Source: Deltaproteobacteria bacterium
GTDB lineage: Bacteria > Myxococcota > XYA12-FULL-58-9
Length of the DNA: 63,792 nucleotides
Assembly (NCBI GenBank): GCA_041309305.1
Contig: JBFYZW010000235.1
Coordinates: 1 to 63,792, forward strand
Reading direction: 5' to 3'
Shown here: one piece after another, positions 42,601-49,971 of the stretch
How positions within the stretch are numbered: position 1 is the first letter of the stretch
Layout of the letters: the number at the start of each line of letters is the position of its first letter
The notes under the pieces: model-generated
The model's input: only the letters and a program-made list of their open reading frames with translations
What the model was told of the DNA's origin: nothing
Database searches by the model: none
Translations under genes and position numbers: made by a program

Positions 42601-44463
42601 ACCGACTCCGACGGCACGCCGAACTGCGTCGACGAGTGCCCCAACGACCCGGGCAAGATCGCCTGGGGGATCTGCGGCTGCCAGGTCCCCGAGACCGACA
42701 GCGACGGCGACAGCATGCCGGATTGCCAGGATGGATGTCCGACGGACCCCGCCAAGATCTGGGGGGGCTACTGCGGCTGCGGCGTCTCCGACGTCAACAC
42801 CGATGGCGACCAGGTGCCGGACTGCGCCGATGGCTGCCCAACCGACTACAACAAGGAGACCGCGGGCGAATGCGGCTGCGGCGTCATCGACCTCGACAGC
42901 GACATCGACGGCGTTTCCGATTGCATCGACGGCTGCCCCAGCGACCGCGACAAGACCGCCCCAGGCAATTGCGGCTGCAACCAGGTCGAGCTCGACTCCG
43001 ACGGCGACGGCACCTGCGACGGGGTCGATTTCTGCTTCCTCGATCCGAACAAGACCGACCCGGGCTACTGCGGCTGCCACGTCTCCGACGGCGACACCGA
43101 CGGCGACGGCACCGTCGACTGCGACGACGCCTGCGACCTCGACCCCGGCAAGACCCAGCCGGGGCTGTGCGGCTGCGGGGTTGCCGACACCGACTCCGAC
43201 AACGACGCGTTCCCCGACTGCATGGACGTCTGCCCGACCGACCCGAACAAGGGAGCGAGCGCCGGCACCTGCGGCTGCGGCGTGAGCGAGACCGACACCG
43301 ACGTCGACGGCGTGAAGGACTGCATCGACGGCTGCCCGAACGACTTCACCAAGACCAGCCCCGGCGCCTGCGGCTGCGGCACTCCGGACTTCGATTCGGA
43401 CAACGATGGTCATGCGAACTGCGTCGACGCCTGCCCCAACGACCCGAACAAGTGGGCGGCGGTGGGGCTCTGCGGCTGCGACGTCCCGGACAACGACACG
43501 GACACCGACGGCACGCCCGATTGCCTCGACGGGTGCCCGGGCGATCCCAACAAGGTCGCCATCGGCATCTGCGGCTGCGGCGTCTCGGATGCGGACACGG
43601 ACGGCGACACCGTGCTCGACTGCCTCGAGGAGTGCGACCTCGACCCGGCCAAGAGCGCGGCCGGGGTCTGCGGCTGCGGCGTCCCCGACACCAACAGCGA
43701 CGGCGACGCCGCGCTCGATTGCCTCGAGGAATGCGATGACGATCCGGCGAAGCTCGCGCCGGGCGCGTGCGGCTGCGGCGTGGCCGACACCAACCGCGAC
43801 GGGGACGCGGTCCTCGACTGCTTCGATGGCTGCCCCGACGATTCGAGCAAGTCCTCCCCCGGCACCTGCGGCTGCGGCGAATCGGACTACGACGGCGACG
43901 GCGACCTCGTCCCGGACTGCAACGACGGCTGCATCGGAGACCCGGCCAAGACTGCACCGGGCGCCTGTGGCTGCGGCGTCCCGGACGTGGACGCCAACAG
44001 CAACGGCACGGCGGACTGCCTCGAGACCAACGCGCCGCCGGTCGCCGTGGACGACACGGCCTCGACCGAGGAGGAGACCGCGGTCACCATCCCCGTTCTC
44101 GCCAACGACTCCGACCCGGAGGGTCAGGTGCTGACCCTCATCGCCGTCAGCTCTCCGGCCAACGGCACCGCGGTCATCTCCGAGCCGAGCGTGGTCTATA
44201 CTCCGGCCGCGGGCTTCGTCGGCACCGACAGCTTCACCTACACCCTCCGCGACCCGGGCTCGCTCGAGGACACCGCCACCGTCGTGGTCACCGTGACCGA
44301 GAGCAGCGGGAATACCGAAGACCCGGATGGTCCGCCCCCCGGCGACGCCGACACCGGCGGTGGGCAACCGGCGAGCTGCGGCTGCTCCACGAGCGCGTCG
44401 AGCGCACTCCCCTGGCTGGCGTTGCTGGTCTTCTTCCCGCGGCTGCGCCGCCGCCGCGCCTGA
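39694..44463 (+). CDS. Giant surface protein: N-terminal right-handed beta-helix, a beta-propeller-like region, 20 tandem Cys-containing TSP3-like repeats, a cadherin/VCBS-like domain and a MYXO-CTERM tail
   Basis: 1589 aa with AGGAGAG upstream. PbH1-like turns are present (IEGFEITGTTGDAV, IRNNLLVATG). The repeat region spans 42004-44026. APPVAVDDTASTEEETAVTIPVLANDSDPEGQVLTL is cadherin/VCBS-like. The tail is SCGCSTSASSALPWLALLVFFPRLRRRRA. Confidence 0.85.
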   Translation: MRNCIPARLTSFCLPFLFFHCGPADPSLGLIATATAEALGVEHTVCPVGSPQGPCDFATPTACAIGAGVTNGDICLVRGGTYHEPITFQATPFIGRTELVFRCAPGFACLIDGRGLLASGVDGYDHWTIEGFEITGTTGDAVTGYRGVRAVRDCYIHDVGGRGIAKLTGTSTATGVAERNRIERTWSSGIQCLAPPSGPVVIRNNLLVATGLKGGNAVNCTSASASLSVVHNTLDLADRTPPFADPAAYGILSASARANVVVGGNTSISVSGDYRENLVSGWAAAAYAGAGGDGGGNTTGAPSFVDTEDYHLLASSPAVDAAVTSTETEDFERSPRTGTPDKGAFEYAPGYDPETPDWPIRETVDELSLYASPALTLLPGVGGGPAVAYLDSSASRLVFARRLTNGTWRDEAVAAPVGTVSFAANGPNMRHVALAIEPTTGLPAVAWVDQAAGLLRLHYARRVGEGCGTGCASPQWSGCNATPLKTFANTDRVSFDLAMSPLTGRPGIVLWRQRTNGCGTNVPAYHVLYLSQQPNGTWTETELAATSPACTNMIPPAVALSFSPENDAAELAFTRTTGNANNFDPHYSLGELVFATNASGSFVTTVLALGDGKTTYGGTRAYLDLAHRANGDLGIAFHGKFGPGTGKIGVGFIERLGGVWAADASVPAWSLAGATILTVHGVALAYDAANLPTLGFASEYTLRLARFDGDRWDVRYVDAQRANGFWPTLALLPGGGVVLAHQQEAPHHDVKVQATQDPGGADPASVEPSSCDLCPTDPAKTAPGVCGCGTPDTDSDNDGTPNCNDGCPGDPAKVAAGTCGCGISDADSDGDAVKDCNEDCDLDPAKTDPGLCGCGVADTDSDSDGAPDCNDDCPLDPLKVAPGLCGCGVPEGSSCGCTAGSPDGDSDGTPDCADDCPAHAIKILPGICGCAVADTDTDNDSTPDCNDLCPTNNPKTSPGVCGCAELDWDTDSDGTPNCVDECPNDPGKIAWGICGCQVPETDSDGDSMPDCQDGCPTDPAKIWGGYCGCGVSDVNTDGDQVPDCADGCPTDYNKETAGECGCGVIDLDSDIDGVSDCIDGCPSDRDKTAPGNCGCNQVELDSDGDGTCDGVDFCFLDPNKTDPGYCGCHVSDGDTDGDGTVDCDDACDLDPGKTQPGLCGCGVADTDSDNDAFPDCMDVCPTDPNKGASAGTCGCGVSETDTDVDGVKDCIDGCPNDFTKTSPGACGCGTPDFDSDNDGHANCVDACPNDPNKWAAVGLCGCDVPDNDTDTDGTPDCLDGCPGDPNKVAIGICGCGVSDADTDGDTVLDCLEECDLDPAKSAAGVCGCGVPDTNSDGDAALDCLEECDDDPAKLAPGACGCGVADTNRDGDAVLDCFDGCPDDSSKSSPGTCGCGESDYDGDGDLVPDCNDGCIGDPAKTAPGACGCGVPDVDANSNGTADCLETNAPPVAVDDTASTEEETAVTIPVLANDSDPEGQVLTLIAVSSPANGTAVISEPSVVYTPAAGFVGTDSFTYTLRDPGSLEDTATVVVTVTESSGNTEDPDGPPPGDADTGGGQPASCGCSTSASSALPWLALLVFFPRLRRRRA
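42004..44026 (+). repeat. 20 tandem coding repeats of about 96 nt (D.D.DG..DC.D.CP.DP.K..PG.CGCG)
   Basis: Twenty CGC[GAQNHD] units were counted in the translation. They are Asp-rich calcium-binding TSP type-3-like loops alternating with Cys pairs. Confidence 0.85.
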
Positions 44464-44625
44464 GGCACCTCGGGCGCAGACGCAAACGGGCCAGAGCTCG
44501 ACGGGTGGGTGTATGTAGCACCAGGCGACGGCGCACGCTGCCGCGTGGTCGGGTGATTCGATGTTGGTCTTGGGGGTGGTGCACCCGGCCGCCGAGGCGG
44601 CCGCACCTGTCGTGCTCGCGGTCCT

Positions 44626-44780
44626 CCGGTGAGAATCCGTGGTTCGGCCCAAGCAGCCGGTGTTGCAACCGGGGTTGCCGGTCGTGCGTTGATGGTCGTC
44701 GCGCTGGAGGGGGCAAGCGATGAGCGGCGCGGTCGGGCGGGGTTCGCCATCGGGGGAGGGGGTTTGTGCCGCTCATCTAC
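44626..44780 (+). repeat. R1 repeat, copy E (5' truncated; best-preserved stem GATGAGCGGC / GCCGCTCATC)
   Basis: ccggtgagaatccgtggttcggcccaagcagccggtgttgcaaccggggttgccggtcgtgcgttgatggtcgtcgcgctggagggggcaagcgatgagcggcgcggtcgggcggggttcgccatcgggggagggggtttgtgccgctcatctac. Confidence 0.85.
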
Positions 44781-44838
44781 CGGCACAACTCAAATCGCAG
44801 CCGGCCGATAATAGTGGCGCACCCCACGAGAGGCGCCC

Positions 44839-45165
44839 ATGCCCATCGGCTTCGACTTCAGCGGCAACTCGAGCGGAATCGGCCTCGACACCTCCGGCAA
44901 CCTTCGCCTGAACTCGGGCCCGGTCTCGTTCAACCTCTCGACCGGCACCGTCGGAACCCGCATCGGCAACATGATCATCGATCCGGACCCGCCGAGCTCC
45001 AACAGCACGAGCTGCAGCTCGAGCGACAGCTACGCGGCGACGTCGTCGCGGCCCACCCGGCGTCGCGCGTCGACCGGCCGCGCGAGCAACACCACCGACC
45101 CGACCCCGACCCGCGCCGCCTCACCCGGTTTCTGGGGCCGAGTCAAAGCCTTCTTCGGTGGCTGA
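44839..45165 (+). CDS. Small Gly/Ser/Thr-rich protein, N-terminus reminiscent of DUF4236
   Basis: 108 aa. GAGAGG lies 5 nt upstream and third-position G/C bias is strong. MPIGFDFSGNSSGIGLDTSGNLRLNSGPVSFNLSTGTVGTRIG resembles the DUF4236 pattern (G.r.nls.sG.s.S.G). The C-terminus is disordered and Ser/Thr/Arg-rich. Confidence 0.45.
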   Translation: MPIGFDFSGNSSGIGLDTSGNLRLNSGPVSFNLSTGTVGTRIGNMIIDPDPPSSNSTSCSSSDSYAATSSRPTRRRASTGRASNTTDPTPTRAASPGFWGRVKAFFGG

Positions 45166-45237
45166 TGGCTGGCGCTCGACGCACCACCGTGGGACAGTAT
45201 CTCTAGTCGGCGAGCCGGCTGAGCCATCGGAGATCAC

Positions 45238-46416
45238 GTGGCGATATCGAACGACAACGGAGGCAACAGGGTCGCGACCGCGGGCAACGCCAATGCGCCG
45301 CTCCCTGAGACCCCGGGCAGCGCGAGCGCCGCTCCGCGCCCGAGTCGCCCGCCGGCACGCGCAGAGGTCCACGACGCCGTCGACAAGGGACAGCCGAGGC
45401 CGGCCGCGCCCAGTGTGCCGAGCACACCCCTGCGCGCCGCGCCGCCCCAGCCGCGGACGGTCCGGGTCCAGTCGAGCGCGACAGATGCCACAAGTCGCAT
45501 CGTCCGGGGTCTGACGCCCGGCGCGCTGATCGTGCGCGATCCGCAGGAGATGGTGGCGCGACTGCTCGAGACCGTGCCCCCCGGCTCGCTGCGCAAGCTC
45601 GAGCTCACCGCCCACGCCCGCCCTGGCGAGCAGCACCTCGACGGCTCCAGTCTGATCCTCGCGTTCGACCGGACGACCGACCAGCACTACATCGCCGTCA
45701 GCTCGAACGACTCTCTCGCGCCCAACTTCGAAGCCGAGCTGGCCCGCTTGCGGCCGCTCTTCACCGCCGATGCGGTCGTCGAGCTGGGGGGCTGCGCCGT
45801 CGGCGCGACCGAGCGCGGCCGCGAGTTCGTCGCGCGGCTCTCCTCGGTTCTGGGAGTCACGGTCAAGGCGGCCGACTACTACCAGGCACCGCTCATTCCC
45901 GGGCGCGAGGGGCGCACGGTGACGGGCACCCCCAGCGAGAACGGCGCCACCTACACGGTCACCGGTCGAGCGGCCAACCCGCTCTTGCGGCTCTTGCACA
46001 TCCCCATGGCGCTGAAGGATTACGAGGGCCTGCAGGCCGCAGGCGACGGCGCCGCCAAGGTCGCCCAGCGGCTCAGCGGTCGAGAGGCCGCCAGGGCGTG
46101 GCAGGTCGCGGCCGAGGCCTACAACGGCGAGCTCAACCCGCGCGCCGCGGCCCGCGCTCACGCCCACGCCATCGCCGAGTTTTGTCGCGACATCGACCCG
46201 CGCGAGGCCTCACCCGCCGACGGCGACCGCGTGCGAGCGCTGCTCTCCTCCCTCGCCGCGCTCGACGCCGATCCGGTCGCCGCGCTCGCTGAGGCCTGGC
46301 CGAGTGGCCGGGAGCCCGACCGACGAGCCGCGGTCTTCCTGCAGTTGGGCTACGAGTGCGAGGGCAAGAGGCGAGAGACCGCTGCTGCCGCTGCACGTCG
46401 ACAGGCGGCGCCCTGA
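45238..46416 (+). CDS. Hypothetical protein with a disordered Pro-rich N-terminus and a DUF4347-like central domain
   Basis: 392 aa with a GTG start and GGAGA 5 nt upstream. LELTAHARPGEQHLDGSSLIL...ADAVVELGGCAVGATERGREFVARLSSVLGVTVKAADY resembles DUF4347 (..l.lyGCnvaag..G..fl..La..tGa.VaAs). The C-terminus is helical. Confidence 0.55.
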   Translation: MAISNDNGGNRVATAGNANAPLPETPGSASAAPRPSRPPARAEVHDAVDKGQPRPAAPSVPSTPLRAAPPQPRTVRVQSSATDATSRIVRGLTPGALIVRDPQEMVARLLETVPPGSLRKLELTAHARPGEQHLDGSSLILAFDRTTDQHYIAVSSNDSLAPNFEAELARLRPLFTADAVVELGGCAVGATERGREFVARLSSVLGVTVKAADYYQAPLIPGREGRTVTGTPSENGATYTVTGRAANPLLRLLHIPMALKDYEGLQAAGDGAAKVAQRLSGREAARAWQVAAEAYNGELNPRAAARAHAHAIAEFCRDIDPREASPADGDRVRALLSSLAALDADPVAALAEAWPSGREPDRRAAVFLQLGYECEGKRRETAAAAARRQAAP

Positions 46417-46450
46417 GCGGCGCTGCGCTGACCCGCCAGGCACCTTTCGC

Positions 46451-46618
46451 TCAGGCGGCCTCTTCGACAACCTCCTCGATGGTCGGTGTCTCCGGCGCGC
46501 GCTTGCGCAAGCGACTCGGGCCGTAGCTCGTTCCGTCGCGCAACACGTAGTAGGCGATTCTCAACAGGTGTCGCGCCCCCGCGACCGGTTCAGCGTCGAT
46601 AGCCCTCTGCCGCCAGAC
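46451..46618 (-). pseudogene. IS110-family transposase C-terminal remnant
   Basis: The minus frame reads AIDAEPVAGARHLLRIAYYVLRDGTSYGPSRL...EEAA*, which resembles the C-terminal A.VA.ARKLLRI.Y.ML.DG..Y motif. The upstream frame is broken. Confidence 0.4.
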
Positions 46619-46762
46619 GGGCCCGGGTCGGGGAACCGGGGCATGCGCGAGCTGCGTGATGGCAGCGAGGGGTGTGCCGGCGACAGATTGGGCCCAGTGT
46701 CCCGAACTTCAGCCGCGCGAGCCCGTGATCTCGGCGGCGGCCACCACCTCCAGGAAGTGACC

Positions 46763-47080
46763 ATGTCGCGGCCGGGCTATGCGACCGGCTCGATCAGGTT
46801 CGACATGAGCACCACCGCGGGCAGGGAGGCGTACCACGCCCATCTGCGCCGCACGTGGCCGGAGCACCTGCGGGCCGCGCAGTGCGATGCGCTGCGCCGC
46901 GAGGCCTGCACCTGGTACGGTGTCGACCGCCAGGGGGTGGTGCGCGCGCAGCCACTGCAGCCCGGTTGCCGCCCTCAGGGCGGGTACGGCGTCGTCTGGC
47001 CGGGGACGGGCCGAGAGGCCCGCGACGAGGCGTTCGCCCGCACGCGCGGCGACACCTACCTGCCGGCGAGCAGGCGCTGA
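46763..47080 (+). CDS. Small hypothetical protein (105 aa)
   Basis: ATG at 46763 with AGGAAG upstream and high third-position G/C. No recognisable domain. Confidence 0.4.
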   Translation: MSRPGYATGSIRFDMSTTAGREAYHAHLRRTWPEHLRAAQCDALRREACTWYGVDRQGVVRAQPLQPGCRPQGGYGVVWPGTGREARDEAFARTRGDTYLPASRR

Positions 47081-47314
47081 CCGGCGTAGTCGCCGTGCGG
47101 CATCACCGGCTGGGAGCTCCGAGCACGGGAGAAGGAGCGCGTCGCCGTGCGCGCGGAGAGAACCAGGCCGCCGACCCGCTGGCCGCGCTCGAATGGCTCG
47201 GCGTCGCGGTGCAGCTCGAGCCGGTGTCAGGCGCCCGTGGCGCGGGCGTGTTTGGTGGTTGGGGTCGATCGCAGGCTCATCACCACCCGACGGCGACGTC
47301 CTCGGCCTGCCGGT

Positions 47315-49693
47315 TCACCCTGGGACCCGGGAGGCACGAGGGGCGCGCCGTCGTTTGACGACGAGCAGGGTGAGCGCGAGCCAGGCGCCCGGGCCAGCGC
47401 TGCGGCAGTCGCAGCCACGCACCGTGACCTCGAGCTGCAAGACGTCGCCGCCTCCGGGCGAGCGGGGGTCGCCGCCCTGCGGGTCACCGGCCGGGCCGGC
47501 GCCGTCTGGCGCACCGCCGTCCGGATTGGCAGCGCCGTCCACGGTCCCGTCGGCGGCGAAGGTCGCGGTGCCGAACCCGGCGTGGTCGTTGGTGTCGCCG
47601 GTCAGTCGGCTCCAGGCTCCCTGCGTGCGCAACCCGCCGGCGCGATCGTTGAGGGCGAGCTCGAGCCCCCAGTGTGCGCCGGGTTGCGGCGCGGCCATGC
47701 TCCAACCGGTGAAGGCGATTCGCACCTCGACGACGTAGCCGGTGTCCACGTCGCCGCCGTCGTCGAGGGTCGTGCTCGGTGTGAGCACGACGGCGCTCGA
47801 GAAGCTGCCTGCAGCCGGATCCCAGGTCACGCCGGGAGAGAACGGGCCGCGCTGGTCGTGGGTGACGCCGCGGGCGCTGACGAAGAACTTGTAGTCGTCG
47901 TCGTTCCAGCCCTGGCGATCGGCGGCGGTGTCGAACAACACCTCGATGCTGTCGTTCTCCCACAGCTCACCGTCCTCGTCGGTGATCGGCGCTTCGACGG
48001 CCGGGTCGGTCACCCGAGCGGCGAGGTAGAGCGCGTCGTCGTCCCACCCGAGCCGGTAGGTCACGTGGGCGCCGCCCGCGTCGACCTCGATTGCCGGCAG
48101 CCCCTCGTACTCGTTCAGGTCGCCGTCGATGACCGGCGGTGTTGCGAGGCGGCCGATGACGTAGCTCGGGCGTTCGATTGTGAACTGCTCGAGGTAGCCA
48201 GGTGGGTGATGGAACATCGCCTTCGTGCCGCTCGGACCGAAGGTGTCGAACGCGCGCAGCCACTTGTTGATCGAAAGGTTCGTCGGGTTCCACGCCGGGC
48301 GATTGGCGGGGGCGTAGTTCGCCGCGGCCATCGAATAGAAGTTGGCCGGGACGACACCGCACGGGTCTTCGCCCGCTTGCCCGAGGCCGGAGTCGCGCGC
48401 CGCGGCGTCAGCGGCGCGCGGCGGCCCAGAGGTGTACCAGAGCCAGAAGCGGGTGCTCGGGAACTGATCGCCGTCATCGTTCGGCAGCGAGCCCGCCGGC
48501 TCCCAATCGGGCCAGGGATCGACGCCCCACGGGTTCGCGGCTCCGTTGCGGTGGTCGCTCGAGCTCTGCAGGTACCAGCCGTTGGCCTCGTCGCCGACGA
48601 AGACCGGTGCGGTTCGGCTGATCGCGTAGTGCTGAGCCAGGAGGTTGTTGAAATAGACGCCGCCGGTCGCGTCGAACGAACACGACGCGCCGCTGCCCTC
48701 GTTGCCGAAGAACTTCGGATCCTGGCGGTAGTGGCCCTGCACGCCCGGCAGATCATTGGCACCGAGGGTGCGCTCGCCGCCGCCCAGATCGAACCCCTGC
48801 TCCCAGGTCTCGATCACCGGCTCCTGCGCCGGGAACCAGTTGACGATCGCCCACAACATCCCCGGGTCGACGTCGAGGTAGGCGTTCATCACCTCCATCA
48901 GGCCGGCGTTCGCGGCTTGCGCCGGGTCGCTCAGGCCGTGCACGTGGCCGCAGAGGTCCTGCTGCTGCCAAAGCGACGGGTAGGTCTCGTCGAAGAGCAT
49001 CGCCGCGAGCCTTGGGTCGTTCTCGTACCGGCGGGCGAAGGCGGTCATGACATCCTGCCACATCCGCACGACCGCCCAGTCCTGCATCTGGGTGTAGCTC
49101 CAGCTGTCCGAGGCGCCCGGGCGGGCGTAGCCTTCGTCGTGCATCCACTGCGGCGTTCGCGAGCCGTAGGCATAGGTCTCCATCACCCGCACGACGAGCT
49201 TGCCGCGCCCCTCGGCGAGAAACGGCTGGCCGAGGAGAGCGTCCCAGAACGCCCAATCGTAGAGCGGCTCGCCCCCTGGCGCCGCCGCCGGATCCTGCGC
49301 CGCAGCGATGCGCGCGCACGTGCCCGCCCAGTCGTACGGCGGCGTCGTCGCGTCGCGCCAGGCGCTGGTGAAGAAGTACCCGGGGTCGATGTTCAGATCG
49401 ATGCCAAGGTGCGTCACCGGCACCGCGCCAACGAACTCGCGGTAGGTATCTTCGCGGCCCGCGAACCAGCGCTCCCACTCGTCCTGAATCCCGGTCGGAT
49501 CGAAGTCGCTCAAGCGGAAGCGCGGGTAGATGCCAGGGTAGTAGCGCGTCGACGTGCCGGGCCAGACCGGCTCGCCGGCCGCTTGCGCCTGCTGCCGGGA
49601 CGGCGGTCGCTGGGGTGTCAGCTCCCGACCTCGACTCTGGCACGCACCAAGAGCGCAGACCACCAATGGCAACACGCGAGCGGCAGTGGTCAT
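47315..49693 (-). CDS. Lipoprotein with a large N-terminal putative glycan-active domain, a CBM9-like carbohydrate-binding module and a MYXO-CTERM-like tail
   Basis: 792 aa. Lipobox VVCALGAC. VIDGDLNEYEGLPAIEV...YRLGWDDDALYLAARVTDP...LWENDSIEVLFD matches the CBM9 pattern. The tail is GCDCRSAGPGAWLALTLLVVKRRR followed by 9 extra residues. Confidence 0.75.
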   Translation of the reverse strand: MTTAARVLPLVVCALGACQSRGRELTPQRPPSRQQAQAAGEPVWPGTSTRYYPGIYPRFRLSDFDPTGIQDEWERWFAGREDTYREFVGAVPVTHLGIDLNIDPGYFFTSAWRDATTPPYDWAGTCARIAAAQDPAAAPGGEPLYDWAFWDALLGQPFLAEGRGKLVVRVMETYAYGSRTPQWMHDEGYARPGASDSWSYTQMQDWAVVRMWQDVMTAFARRYENDPRLAAMLFDETYPSLWQQQDLCGHVHGLSDPAQAANAGLMEVMNAYLDVDPGMLWAIVNWFPAQEPVIETWEQGFDLGGGERTLGANDLPGVQGHYRQDPKFFGNEGSGASCSFDATGGVYFNNLLAQHYAISRTAPVFVGDEANGWYLQSSSDHRNGAANPWGVDPWPDWEPAGSLPNDDGDQFPSTRFWLWYTSGPPRAADAAARDSGLGQAGEDPCGVVPANFYSMAAANYAPANRPAWNPTNLSINKWLRAFDTFGPSGTKAMFHHPPGYLEQFTIERPSYVIGRLATPPVIDGDLNEYEGLPAIEVDAGGAHVTYRLGWDDDALYLAARVTDPAVEAPITDEDGELWENDSIEVLFDTAADRQGWNDDDYKFFVSARGVTHDQRGPFSPGVTWDPAAGSFSSAVVLTPSTTLDDGGDVDTGYVVEVRIAFTGWSMAAPQPGAHWGLELALNDRAGGLRTQGAWSRLTGDTNDHAGFGTATFAADGTVDGAANPDGGAPDGAGPAGDPQGGDPRSPGGGDVLQLEVTVRGCDCRSAGPGAWLALTLLVVKRRRAPRASRVPG

Positions 49694-49971
49694 TGTCTTC
49701 CCTCGTTGTTCTACCCAGACAGACTACTCGACGCTGTCGGTGAAGGGGAGAGGAAGAGGCTGGAGACAACCGCGCCGTCGTCGCGCGCCGCAATGCGGGC
49801 CTTGACGGCGAGAAGCAGGCGCCGCTCTCAGTGAACCGCAGCCCTCCACTGCCGTGCAGGTGCTCCTTGACCACTCGGTTCTCGGCGAAGAGCGTGTGGA
49901 GGGCCTTCTCTGTCTTCAGACGGCAGGAGATCGGCCTGGTGCTGTCGGCGCGCAGTTGGTAGCCTCTGCCC

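Noticed and set aside
8955-44780. R1 copies as template/variable repeats of a diversity-generating retroelement.
   Set aside because: There is no reverse transcriptase in the window. Differences between copies are not adenine-specific (a>c, g>a, t>c, t>g and others). The copies are intergenic rather than at the 3' ends of C-type-lectin-like target genes.
8955-44780. R1 plus adjacent small ORFs as integron cassettes with attC sites.
   Set aside because: Copies are 5-12 kb apart rather than in a contiguous array. No IntI-type integrase or attI was seen. The inverted repeat is not conserved in all copies, and no RYYYAAC/GTTRRRY cores were recognised.
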